Below, in pieces: positions 14,521 through 27,573 of a stretch of 39,761 bases of DNA. Made by a program: the position numbers and the translations under genes. The notes beneath the pieces were generated by a model. It saw only the letters and a list, made by a program, of their open reading frames with translations, was not told the origin of the DNA and searched no databases. Numbering within the stretch: position 1 is the first letter of the stretch; each line of letters opens with the position of its first letter. The DNA is from Bigelowiella natans CCMP2755 (Eukaryota > Protista > Cercozoa), in NCBI GenBank assembly GCA_000320545.1, contig ADNK01003187.1:1-39761 (forward strand). Reading direction: 5' to 3'.

Positions 14521-15343
14521 CGATGAATCGGGCCTTACATGATGTGGGAACGCACGAAAGCATTGACCATCGCATGAGGATGCTTTCGTGCGCGGATGTC
14601 AATGCATTGTGTTTGGTAATGACAATTCGTCAATCATGACATTTCCAGATGTCACTTGGTGCTATCTAGCTATGTACTAGCTAGCTAGTACAGTGCTCCA
14701 GGCATGCTAGCATGCGCTGCCATGATGATGTTTCATGCTAGCATGCTAGCATGGCTAGATGGGTGATGACACGCGCTAGCGCGCGGGAACACATTGCTAT
14801 AGATTCAGACCTCCCGCCCGCCTGCGTGCGTGTAACTGCATGATGCCGCTAAACACATGAACGAACCGAATCAAAGTGATACTGTTTGTGTGCGACGCTG
14901 ATGTGAGCACTACCAGACTAGCTAGCTAGCAAAGCTAGAAAGCGCACAGCTCTATAATTAGAGCTAGACAGGCTTTGTGAGCGTCATGTGTGCCTGCACA
15001 GATGCCAGCAACTGTCTGTAAATGTTCTCATGCTAATTTAGTTGCCATCAATCATGCATTTTTCGAAAATGCCAGTGCCAATGGATTCGACCTGACAGAG
15101 ACAGCAACAGTGTGTAGCGTGCAGTGTGCAAAATTTTGGCACAATGATGATAACCCTAATGAGCTGTCACCATTTTCATCGGTACTAACTTGTGAACACA
15201 TGCCTCTACATGCCCTACACATTGGACGGAACAAGGGGAGAAATGTGCTAAGCCAGAAGTACAATTAGCTAGCTGGCTAGGGTGGAGACAAAAGTTTCTC
15301 CCTGTGCCACCTCATGTCAGTAGCCTAGGTTTTTTGGAGATAC

Positions 15344-15697
15344 TTAGTAGCCCCCTTGCGCAAGAGGCGCTGAAAATTTGATCACATCAGCAATCAATTT
15401 ATCCTTTGCATCCTTGGAACAGATGCCAATAAGAGCACATTTTTTAAGTTTCTTGATCACGATGCAGTTCTTCTGAGATGCTCCGAACCAGGAACCGCCT
15501 TCAACTTCCTTGACAATCATTATCTTCTCTCCACAATAGCTGCACATTGTTCCAGGGCCAGCTTTAACCATTTTAGCAAGTTCTTGCTCCGAAGCCTTGA
15601 AGTCCCCTTTTTTTCCCCAAACGGTGTTTTTAGCATCGAGGCCACAAAGAGCAGCTACTGATGCGCTCGGCATGTTGCAATAATCATTCCAAGACAT
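15344..15697 (-). CDS. Profilin (117 aa, intronless)
   Basis: Begins MSWNDY, contains AALCGLD...VWG and CGEKIMIV, and ends LAQGGY. Length and termini are typical of profilins. Confidence 0.8.
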   Translation of the reverse strand: MSWNDYCNMPSASVAALCGLDAKNTVWGKKGDFKASEQELAKMVKAGPGTMCSYCGEKIMIVKEVEGGSWFGASQKNCIVIKKLKKCALIGICSKDAKDKLIADVIKFSAPLAQGGY

Positions 15698-16832
15698 TTT
15701 GTTTTCTAACGTGAACACATCACCAGAAACACTTCATAAGAAAGGCAAATCTGAGTGTTGGACTGAGGGTTAAAGACGCTCATACATCCATGAAGACAAA
15801 AGAAGAACAGAAAATAGTGTTGACACAAGGTGTTTTTGTTCAAATAGAATGATGAAAACAAAGTTACAATCTCTAAGATCACCCCTAAGTAACGAGACTG
15901 TATTTTTCAGTTGTATGATTGGTATCAAAATTCGGGGAAGTGGTGTTCGGGGGGACAGCAAACCTCGATTTTGATATTTTTTGATTTCGCTATCTTTTGA
16001 TTTTTAAGAAATGTAAAGCAAAAGATCACCGCAAAAGCAAAGTAATTTCTTGGAAGATCTTGAACTCATTCCTTATAAATACACAAATCTGCAGGGTTTC
16101 ACGAAATCTTGTTTGCCCGAAAACATACCATAATTCTTAAATTTAATTTCAAACATACCTTTGTACACTTTAGCAAAGAAGCTAGAGCATGATTACATCA
16201 AAATTATGTCAAACGACTGACCAAGTTTTCATTTTTTATACAAGCCGGGGAATATTTTATTTCCTTTATCCCATTATAAGTTCTTAGAGATCATCTGCGC
16301 ATATTGTTTTGAGGAAGGCAAGCTATTGTTGTGCTGCATCATCAATGCGAGCTGTCTTTAAAACAAAATAGCCCTGCATTTTGTTCCAACAATCCATGGA
16401 GTAGAGAAAGGCAACAAATAGGTCAAAAACAGCTCAAAATACATCGAAATCCATGTCGCAGGTCAACAAACATTTGGTTTCAATTCGTTACATGGGTTGT
16501 TGGAATGAATTTCAGTGCAATTTTTGTTTGAACAAGAGCTCACATTGATGGTGCAGCACCAAGATGGATCAGCCGTCAGATAAAATCTGCCTACACGCGC
16601 AACTGACGCCTCATTTTGTAGTGGACCCTAATTTCAGATCTAGACCCAAATGCACTGCATTTTAGCCACACTTTGGACATAGTATTTTGTCTTACGAGGT
16701 ATAAATGAGGCCAATATTGATGGTTCCGCACAGACTTTAGATCTGAATTTCCCGATAACCCTGCAAACATTCGTGGAAAGCAAACTATTTGAAGATTCGC
16801 AGAACTCATCCTGTCATCCTGTCCCCTCTCAC

Positions 16833-17587
16833 CATGGAATCTACAGTCGTTTTTTGCCTGTTTCTGGTCAACACCTTAATGTCGATTAATGTCTTATCTA
16901 TGATGATTTTTAATGGGTGTAATGGAGATGCTGTGGCAAAAATGGAGAACAACATGTTCGGTCTCATGCAGGAGTTCAATCCCATGTTTGAGGACACCTT
17001 TCCATTGAATTCTCCTTCCTCGTCTCCGCTGACACAAGCGCCAAATGTGAGCCCTTCCACGTCTCCCCTGACACAAGCGCCTCTTGCTTCAACATCTCGT
17101 CAAAGACCAATCACATGAAATGAACTTGTTCAAGGCTAAATTTGTAAATATCACCACGGAAAAAGGAAAGTCGATTGCTGCAACAAGATATCACTTACTT
17201 CCGATCTCCAAAGGCTGCAAGGAATTTGGAAGTGTTGACCATCCCACTTACATTTACTTCACAGACGTGCTGCCCGGCATGTGCATCTACACGATCGATG
17301 GAATTGAGCGAGTGGTCAGGGTGACAATCGAAGAGAAATTCGGAACGTACACGTTCGTGGCCGCCCATGGTGATGGGCAAGTGGTTGTAAATGGTATTGT
17401 CGCTTCATCTTTTGGCATGAGCTACAGCCTTGTCAACAATTATTACAACATACATCGATTTCTCTACATAATGACTTCGGTCTTCGCTACGTCCAGCACC
17501 TTTGTAAACGCAAATTTGAAGTTCGGAGATGTGGTTTTGACGGGCATGCAATTTCTCAAGAGCATCTGGTGGTTTTTTTACCATTAA
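16833..17587 (+). pseudogene. Secreted protein with a Hedgehog-type Hint domain, frameshifted near 17100 and missing the Hint N-terminus
   Basis: Frame 1 has a signal-peptide-like MESTVVFCLFLVNTLM and a duplicated SPSxSPLTQAP linker. Frame 2 has FVNITTEKGKSIAATRYHLL (Hint TxxH block) and GTYTFV..GQVVVNGIVASSF (Hint C-terminal block). No CF... autocleavage start is visible. Confidence 0.6.
17011..17081 (+). repeat. Imperfect 39-bp-period tandem duplication encoding SPSxSPLTQAP
   Basis: ccttcctcgtctccgctgacacaagcgcc / ccttccacgtctcccctgacacaagcgcc. Confidence 0.8.
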
Positions 17588-18275
17588 ATCTCTTCTTGAA
17601 TTCTCCAACGGCTTTCCATTCACAGGCTCTAAGACATTGCAGCAGAGATTTGAAAACGTTCTAATTGCATTCGCAAAACAGTCAATCACCTAATCTTGGT
17701 CTGGTTTTTGATCCAGAATCTTACTAGGACACAACGATGTCATAGCTAGACACAGTATAACGATGTTTTTGTAACATGATGTCGATGCCCATTGTAGATA
17801 AGATCGCAAGTAAATGCAGAGGCCTCACTTTGTTTCGTCACATACAGGTATGTACTTTATTGCAAACTCACTCTGACACAACAGTGTGCGCAGAGCTAGA
17901 GAGGCGAGCGCTCAACAAAATGGCGAATGCAGCTGCTTGCCTAGGTCGTAGGCGTGCGAACAACGCAACGATATTGGCATGATTTACATTTAGCTAGCTG
18001 CAGCCTTGTGGTAGCAACACTGGGCATCAACAAAGGCGCTCCACGCCAAACATGATACGAGTGCAGCAGCGCTGCGCTACATCAAATAAAGCAGAAAATG
18101 CATGCTTGTTGGTTGTGAGTCTAGAAGTAGATGAATCACAAGCAGTTGTTACGGTAGGATCAAATTACAATGCCACATATCTTGTTTCTTGTAGCTACCT
18201 GTAGCTACAGCACTATCACTTTCGCATCCATTAGTCTCTATTTGTAGAGCTTCATCTTCATTCCGAACTCTAGTT

Positions 18276-18313
<38 letters not shown>

Positions 18314-18357
18314 GCTCCACTTTCATGATTGAATTACACCGCCGCAGAACCTATGTC

Positions 18358-18516
18358 TTACCCCTCATTACGGACTGGGGAGCCGAGATCGTTGAACATA
18401 GGGAGTGGGGGCAGACCAAGCGAGTTCCTATGCAATATATACATGCCGTTTTCGTAGAAATTCAAATTAAAATACAGCATCAGACGCGTACGGACATGAA
18501 CACGTACACATACACA

Positions 18517-18571
<55 letters not shown>

Positions 18572-19690
18572 CGCGCAAACTCTTGATCCCTACAGCAATA
18601 CCTTGCGAGATTCAGCGAGTTCTGCAGAAGCATAGCCACGGTCATCGGCCCAACACCGCCCGGCACAGGAGTGATGAAGCTGCTGACCTTTCTGCGATGT
18701 GATGGAAAACAAACTCTTAATATCCGTTTTCGAATCTTTGGTAGCGAAAAGTAAAAGCCCTTGGATTGTGTTCCACGACACGGCCAAGAGGATGCCGCAT
18801 CAGCCATCAAAAGCCACAGGCAATTTGATGGGGCTCTGATACAATGGTTATATTTTCTCGATAGAAGGGCAGAGAGAGGATATGTTTGTATTCTGTTGCC
18901 TTCTCTACCAAAATGAGTTTTGGATGATGCTGCAGAGCAAAAAGTATGGAGTGCAAGGCAGGGACACAGGTGGCATGCAGGCGCAATAAATCATAGCGTG
19001 CAACATGTATCTACTTTGCTTCCTCAAATTCCACGTCGCCGACCAGCTTGTAGCCTCTTGGATCGCTGCTGTCATCCTGCGCGTTTGATAATAGGCGCAG
19101 TCAGCGAAATCACGAATTATTTTCCACATGATACGTGTTGCGACCTTGTTGTTTATGCCGACGTCAATCACTATTGCCCCTGGTTTCAGCCATTCCTGAG
19201 ATGAGCAAAACAGCACACGCAATCAGCAACGAGCCTCCTTTGTGAGATGTAAAGCCGAGTGGAAATGTGTCGACAGACCGCTTTGACAAACTCAGGCTGT
19301 CCTGCTGCTGCGACAACGATGTCAGCCCGCTTAATATGCTTCTCCGGTTCCACTGTTTGTGAGTGCACCTGGGTAGGAACGAGGGCGGTTCTCTTTTAGG
19401 ATAAAGGGGGGGGGGGGGGTTGATACTATCCACGTTGCGAAGGAAAATATAGTGCTAATCATCTTCTCAGAAGAAAAATGATTCGAAATCGCGACTTGTT
19501 CACGAATCATGGACATACACATCATAGCTCAGAGTGTTGTTGCTACAACTGCTACCACTGCTGCTAATGCTACAACAACTACTACTGCTGAGCACCATTG
19601 TCACAGTGCAGTCCATGCCGGTGAGAAGACCCTGATTGAATTGTACACAGATGAGCCACAAATATAAAGCAGAAAATAGTAGCTACATTA

Positions 19691-19731
<41 letters not shown>

Positions 19732-20041
19732 GCACACGCACGCATATGGTACCGAGACTGGCATTCCCACGATACGGCTACGTCCAATCACCACAGCTTC
19801 CTGCCCGTCGCAAGGGTACACAACAATAACAGCAGTCAGCTCCACTTTTCGCAGAAGAACATAGAAGAAGAACAAATCGACCGCACCGAACAAAAACAGG
19901 CCGTTCTCATCATATGGCACGGGTTGACTCCGCATTCTAGCAGCCCATAATCCTACCTTTCCTTGCAACGGCACGCCAAGGGAATGCAGCATCTGAATCA
20001 CGCCTGCAGCTGTGCAAGGCAGCACCTATCCCGTATTAAAC

Positions 20042-20072
<31 letters not shown>

Positions 20073-20780
20073 GCATAAGCCTAGGGACTTATCTATCGAC
20101 CCTACTCTGTCTCCCCCCCCCCCCCTCTCTCTCTCTTCTCTCGTGCCCCTGAAATCAGTTACCAGTGGCCTCGTCATGGTGAGGGAGGAGGAGACGTTGA
20201 ACTTGTAGATGTTCCTCGTGTTCAGCCACAAGTCGCCCACATTCTGAGCGTGGAAGCCGTCCACGTCCTTCTCGGGGGGGATCATTTGGAGCACGGAGTC
20301 GGTGTCGATGTGCCTGGGGAGCTAAATGGGGGGGGTGGGGGGGAAGGGGGATGAGCTCATCATTTCCCTACCACAACCAATACGATTTATCGAGAGGAAT
20401 ATGTAACAGGTACAGCACCGGAAGCTGCACGAGAATGGCGTGCACTCTCTCGTCGCCATTCAGCTCCTGGATCGCCTGGCAAGCAAATGAAGACACGATC
20501 AGGGGGGGGGGGGGGGGATAGTGAGGGTAAGCGGTTCGTTTGATGTATAATGATCGCATGGTGATGGTCTTGATGATGAAGATAATGGTGATGTTGATGG
20601 CGATGATCATATGATCATATAAATGAGGACAACTGCAATTTTCAGCTATCTGTCACTCACACCTTCTTGACTTCCTCCTCGGTTGTGTTTTCCGAAAGCA
20701 ATCGCTCGTAGCTCGCAATTCCGACCTAACGCGCGAAGAAGACTTTTCAGTGGCATCGCTCCCTCATCATCAGTGCTACT

Positions 20781-20815
<35 letters not shown>

Positions 20816-21340
20816 TATTGTGAGAATACACTCGCAATACTTCAAAGTATAAGATTGGGAGCCATTCACAACCCCAAGCCCCCACTCCTCCTATACCTCT
20901 GCCGCAGCCTTCTTCTTGAATTTCACGTAAGTTCTTAGACACAGATCGAACAAAAACGCAAATCAGCAAAACGTAGGGAGATTAGGCACGTTCAAGTTAA
21001 CGTCCATGTTGATGTTGCATCCTGCTGGGATCGCTACAATCACACGGACTGTTCCCAGAGCCCACTTTGCAGGGGGGGGGAAGCATCATTTGTCAATTTT
21101 TCGCGGGGGAAAATTATAATTTGCTCTCATTATATTTTAGTATTCAATAGCCGTGCATCTTCTACGCATCATCTGTATTTGATGTTGTTGTGGTTATTCA
21201 TCAGCATTTAACTGTGAATCAACTCGATTCCCGACGAGGATGACAGCGAGCCCTGGTGTTACTCCATGATCCTGCGGCACATTAAATACACAATGCGGTA
21301 CATTAGACACACACGCACAGGCCCACATGGGTGGGGGGGG

Positions 21341-21371
<31 letters not shown>

Positions 21372-21970
21372 GGGGGGGGGGGGGATTGAGAGAATATAAT
21401 AAAATATAATTTTGAGCCGCTTTCTTCAAGTTCTTAATTGTCGAATTTTATAAACCCGCCCCCCTCCTCCCCACCCGTGCCCCTCTAAATTGACCTCATG
21501 CAGCCGCGTGACGCGTTCTTTAATGTGCTCACGAAGCCGACCAGCCAGCATCTTGCCGTCTATAATCTACAGATGATGATGAGGAAGACGATAATGCGTG
21601 TTTATGGTGTATGTGTGTGTGTTCTCAGAAAACTCTTGGTAGTCATAGTACCCACAAACACGCACGAATACAGGCATGAATCTCACCCGCGCCGCCTTCG
21701 TCGTCGTCGTATCCCGAACAGCCGCAAAGGAGCGCTGATTGTTCACGAAGCCTGCACGTCGCATGTTGGAAAAGGAAGATGTTAGCGGCGACGACGAGAA
21801 CGACGAAGATGGCGAGGAGGAGAAGGAAGAGAGACAACGCGTGGAGGTGTGCAGGTGCCGTCTCAAAGGAGAGGGTCTTATCGACTCTAGCAGAGATTTA
21901 CTACCCCTCCTCCCCTGCCCGCCGAGATAGCTCCATCTCCAAGCATGCCTTCTTTCGCCACCGGCCGAAC
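18358..21970 (-). CDS. folD: Bifunctional methylenetetrahydrofolate dehydrogenase/cyclohydrolase (FolD) with organellar N-terminal extension, multi-exon
   Basis: Exons encode [35 protein letters not shown]|[63 protein letters not shown] and [20 protein letters not shown] Ser/Arg-rich presequence lies at 21690-21970, and a further 5' exon may reach ~22200. Confidence 0.93.
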
Positions 21971-22664
21971 GTATTCTACTGCCAATCGCAACCTATTATA
22001 ACCAATTCCACCGAAGAACAGGGAGGTGGGGGGACAGTAAGATACGTGGATCGAGTGAGTGGCTGTGGATGTTTCGTCGAGTAAAAACAGTTCTGGTACG
22101 ACCTTGGAGACGGCACGCGCGAGTAGCCTACGCTCAAAACTATGACAGAGTGTGAACCCCACTGCAACTAGGCCTAGGCCACACCTTATCGACACCAGGG
22201 TCAGGGGTCAGCATGTATATGGAAAACCACGATTTTGATGTACTCAAATCGTCATCCCCACTCGCCCTCCCTCCACGCCCATCCATTGACATACCCAAGA
22301 AATGAGAGACGTCCGCCGCGGCTCCATCGAGAACGAGTAGAGTCGCCTAAATACGGACGCCTAGCCCACATCGAGTATGTTCGTTTCGTTTCGAGTGGGG
22401 GGGGCGGGCACAGTTGTTATCGGTTGTTGCTTCAGGTATTTCAATTTAGGAAAAAATTCATACTAGAAATATCGACAGGGAATTTAGTTCGCCTTTGCCT
22501 GACCTTCGGAAGCAAACGTCTTAGGATTTGCAACATGCGACTTATAAAAAATAGATTATCCTAGGTAAAATCCCCTGCGTTTTGCCCACATGGATGCCAG
22601 TTCCCTTCTCTGCACTGGTCATCTTTTAACGGGTATAACCAACCATCGGGGGAGGGAAAAGAAG

Positions 22665-23438
22665 ATGAGTAATCGTCAGAAGGCTCTAGAGAAGGAGCTT
22701 AAGAGACAGGAGTACGTGAACAAAAAATTATTGGCCGCACTCCGTGCTGTAGAGGCCAAGTACGAGCAGGAACGGCAGAAGATGGATGGGTTATGCTCGT
22801 ATTTCTTCACACGTCTAAATCAGCTCGAAATGCAGGTTCGGTCTCACCATGCACAGAGAAATAGCTGCCCAAACTGTGGGCAGGAATCATATATAGGTAA
22901 ACGAGCTTTGACCGATCGTCAACCACCAAGCACGCCATGGACTAGCACCGAAAGAGAGCAGAGAGAGGAGGAGCAGGAGCTCTTTTTACGCGAGGCCGCC
23001 CAGGAGTCTTCTCGGAACTACCTCCAGCAGCTACAAATCAATCAGGGGAAAATGCTGTCGAGTGAGAAAGACGATGGCTCTCGTGCACTGGTACTGGCCG
23101 ATATCAAAGCAGCTGTTGAGATAGCAGAAAGGACCTCTAGTATGAGGAAAGGCCAGCGGCTTCCCCGAGAAGTGACCGCAAAACACGTCAATACAACTGA
23201 GAAAACTGTGGGCATTAGAGATAGGCCTTCAAATGTCGATGAAACGATAAGAAATAGGAACGATATACCACCCTCAAAAAACCTCGATAAAGCGACATTT
23301 CGCCAAGAGCGGGACGAGATACTACTGGGAATACATAAACATGACGAGGAAATCAGATCCTTGCGCAAAAGGTTAGAGTTAGTCAGCAGCCAGAGACGTG
23401 CTACAGGACTTAATAATAGTAGGAATGATGATCGTTAA
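22665..23438 (+). CDS. Hypothetical coiled-coil protein (intronless, ~257 aa; alternative start 22590)
   Basis: Long ORF with heptad-like E/K/Q/R/L-rich N- and C-terminal segments and one CPNC motif. Divergent from folD. Confidence 0.6.
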   Translation: MSNRQKALEKELKRQEYVNKKLLAALRAVEAKYEQERQKMDGLCSYFFTRLNQLEMQVRSHHAQRNSCPNCGQESYIGKRALTDRQPPSTPWTSTEREQREEEQELFLREAAQESSRNYLQQLQINQGKMLSSEKDDGSRALVLADIKAAVEIAERTSSMRKGQRLPREVTAKHVNTTEKTVGIRDRPSNVDETIRNRNDIPPSKNLDKATFRQERDEILLGIHKHDEEIRSLRKRLELVSSQRRATGLNNSRNDDR

Positions 23439-24970
23439 TATGACATTCGTATATGTAACAAATCATGGCCGTTTGCTATGAGACATCTTAACGCAATGCA
23501 AGCGAACATGTCTTGCTGATACGAGTGAACTGCGATATACACTGCCCTTAAGCATTTTTACCCATTATCAACTTGCAAAGCAAGCGTAATGTTGATAGAT
23601 GAACCATGTGCTAGGAAGTGACAGCTACAGTTTGCATGCAGGGCAAAAAAGCGCTAGCTACGCTAATCTTTGCACCACGTGGTAAGCAAGCAATTTGAGA
23701 TTGAAGATCGCATCGCCTTACGTCTCTTGTGCTTCGATCCTCGCTCGTCATGGATCGTGTCGTAGCATGACATGTGCAGGTGCTATGCGTACACGAGCTG
23801 CATTCGAACTGTGACCACAACCGCGTCTAGATGTGTGTCGTGATGTGCTAGTGTGGGCTGTGTGGGCAACGCAAAAGCCTCCGCCAAATGGCCACAGGCA
23901 GAAGCTTCTCGCTTTGATCCTGACATGTCATCCGACGCAATGCAAGCAATGCGTCACAGTGCAGCTAGCACAACCACCAACGCTGCCAAATGCGAACAAA
24001 CACGAGATGCAGATGCACGGCATCAAGATCTACGACTAGACGAGCTAGCATTGTTTTGAAACTTTGTGAATGGCACAGGCACACTACTAGCTGTGATGCG
24101 AATTTGTTTGTCCCCATGCACATGACCGCATGCCATCATCATGCACACTGTGCATGTGTCATCATGTCAAATGGAAACGTCAAGTGACAGTTTGTTGTCA
24201 GCGCGCGCTGAGACGTGCTGGCGTGTGGAAGTGCAGTTCATGAGTTCATTTCACGATTGCACGGCCCAGATTCCAGATTGGCAAAATCAGCAGTGGACTG
24301 GAAAATCACCACTTCCATGCTTCAACGCACAGAAAATCAGTCTGTCACCTGCGATGCGCTCCAGCTTTCACTTTGCATTGTTGCAAGTCGACGGGTCCAT
24401 CCACAGCCATTCAAAGTCGTGGATTCCACACGCACTCGCCACGCTCACTCAATCACTGAGTCCATTCGATCGATTTGCACCATGGTGTGTGCATTTTGAG
24501 GTCCTCATGACGTCATTTTTTTCACCGCCAAACTTGCACTGCCGTTGGATTGGGTCAACAAATGCGGTCTCCGGATCGCTCCTGTGGAAAATGAACGACA
24601 GAAGCCAGCAATTCCAATGTGCAGCTGAAAAGATCGTGAGATGCGCAACTCCCCTCCTCAATTGTCAAGACCACAGACCACCAAGGAAAGTTGATGATTT
24701 GTTTCACACACGCCAGCCAAGTGCAGTGACCTGGCAGTCCACAGCGCAGCAGTCAGAACTCTTCAAATCATTCAAAAAAAAAAAGCCTTCATTCCAAAAA
24801 AAAGGCCTTCTGCCGAGAGGAAATCCCAGGCGATTTTTCCCACTTTTGCACCCAATCGACTGTGTTTTTCTCCATTGTGGCTCTTTCCAGAACGTGCGAC
24901 ATGCAATTTTGGATGTCGCACAGGTAAATAATGTGCGCATTTTTGTACCGGAAACCATCCAGGAGAAGAA

Positions 24971-26934
24971 ATGATGGCCCCTTCGCTGTCACCGGTGCCT
25001 ATCCAACAATGCTCCCAATTCGTGGAAGCGTTGCTGTTCTTCCTGGCAGCTCCTTTTTGCTTTGGCAATAATTTCGACTTTTGTTTAGGTGACGGGTCTG
25101 GCCCTGCTTCTCTCCCTCTTGGTGGTATGGAGTTCCTTCTCCCAACGTGGAGATAGGCTTGCTTCTCGATTCTCTGCCCGGAAAGCTGGATCTTCTCGCC
25201 ATGGATCGGTCGTAGGATTCAACGCTATTTCTTACCCTCTTACACACAGAAGGGGGGTTATTACCCCGGCTTCATCACCTTTGCAGCAACCCTCGTCTCT
25301 AAATGCTCGAGTTTCCTCAGCCTCAGCAGCGTGGGGGGGGTACCGCCCCAGCTTCCGTTTTGCACAGGTAAGAGAGTCATTAGACATTTTTGGAAATTCA
25401 TTCGAATACATCTAGCAATTTTAAAGTAACACATCATCTTCGACTTGTTATTCATCCGGCCTTTATGGTTTGCGGCGATATGCGGGAGAGGTCATACAAT
25501 AATATAGCCATTGGTCGTCGCACAGGGTTTTCGATCAGTGAATGCGTTGGCCAAGAGGAAAAAAGGAGGGGGAGGAGGCGGCGGATCTGGAGGAGGAGGG
25601 GGGGGTTACAAATCGCCCGGTAAGGTCAAAGAAGGAGACGCTTACTCTCAGGAAACCCGGGAGATAATCCTCTCGATGGTATGTTACAGAGTGTATATAT
25701 ATTACAGAGGATACAAAATATTTATAATATTGTAAGGACACACATTCACACACACACTCACACTCACACATGCATAAATACACGCAGGATCGTGTTTCCA
25801 AAACTGCTCCGAACGGGAAGAAGCTACTCTCAGACGTGTCCCTCGGCATGTAGGAGAACGCAACACAAACATATCCGCAAACTGCTGTCACCAAGCTCCT
25901 ACCCGCCAAGATCAACAACATCACCAACACCAGCAATAAAAAAAAAATTGACCATCAACAACATAGGGAGAAAGTGAGAAATGAGAAGCTAAATTCACAC
26001 GAAAGGTACTTGGGAGCCAAAATCGGGATTCTCGGCCAGAATGGGGCCGGAAAGTCCACGCTGCTGCGAATATTGGCGGGCGAAGATACAGACATCGACG
26101 GAGACGTGACTCTGAACAAGGGAATAAAGATCGGTTACCTTGAGCAGGAACCCACGCTGGAGGACGGCAAAACCGTGCAGGAGAACCTCGAGGCGGGCAT
26201 GAAAGAAATGCGTGCTCTGGTTCAGGAGTTTGAGGAAGTTTCGCTGAAGCTGGGAGATCCCGACGCAGATACCGACTCGCTCATGCAGGTGTGTCTTCAT
26301 GTCGGGTGATGGCTGATGCTTTTTATGATTTCGATATGCGTGAGGCGGAGGTGGCCGTCGTTGCCGAGGAGGCGGCCACTACAAACGCTCGCAATCCGTG
26401 CGTCTTTCAATGGTGCATTGGGAAGCATCGCTGCCGCTGCTCCGACTCACTTTTCTCACACTATTTGCCCTCCCTCCCCACCTTGCCCGCAGAGAATGGA
26501 CACGCTCCAGACTGAGATTGATAGCTGCAACGGGTGGGAGATCGACCGCATCCTGGATCAAGCCAGCGACGCTCTGCGGTACTATTAGCGCTGCTATCTT
26601 TCTAATTACCACCTCGTCAATAACAACGATGACAAGGATGATAAATGGGGCGGATATTATGTCCATGATTTGACCTCGTGCCCCCCTGTTCTCTCCCTCA
26701 CCCCGCCCCTCCCCCTTCTCCCCAGATGCCCCCCCGGCGACGCCCTGGTTGAGAACTTAAGCGGTGGGGAGCGAAGGCGGGTGGCCCTCGCGAAGTTGCT
26801 GGTGTCCAATCCTGACATTCTGCTGCTCGATGAGCCGACGAATCACCTGGATGCTGAGAGTGTTGCATGGCTAGAGACCTTCCTCAAAGAGTAGTACTGC
26901 AGCATCAACCTCCTCTCTCTCTCTCTCTCCCTCC

Positions 26935-26969
<35 letters not shown>

Positions 26970-27539
26970 CTCCCCCCCCCCCCTTGCTAAAACGCGATTG
27001 CTTTTAGGTACCGGGGAACGGTAGTAGCAGTGACGCACGACCGCTACTTCCTCGACGCCTGTGCTGGTTGGATATTGGAGCTTGACCAAGGGAAGGGCAT
27101 TCCTTTCGAGGGCAACTACAACCAATGGCTAGAGGCCAAGGCTGCACGCCTTGAGCAAGAAGGAAAGGTGTGCGTGTCTAAAGTCAAAAGGAATGACCAG
27201 AACGATGATAGACCGCACGATATAAATATATATATAATTGCGTCCAAACGCTCCCCGCCACCGTTTGCTTCTTCATCCTCCTCTTTTCTCTCCCTCCCCC
27301 CCTCTCCCCTTATTTCAGAACAAAGCCGCCCGTGAGAAGGCCCTCGCGAAGGAGCTCGAGTGGGTGAGAAAGCAGCAGAAGGGCCAACAGAAGAAGGGAA
27401 AGGCGAGGCTGCGGCGTTACGATGAGCTGTTGGCGGAGCAGGAGCAGGAGGTGTCTCGATCCAACCTCGACGGCATCACCATCCCGGCTGGGCCGCGGCT
27501 AGGCGACATCGTGCTGCAGGTGCATGATCGACGTGTGAA

Positions 27540-27573
<34 letters not shown>

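Noticed and set aside
24141-24974. 277-aa ORF
   Set aside because: Lies in the TA-free block where TAA/TAG cannot occur. It has no Tyr and no motif, so it is an artefact of TA depletion.
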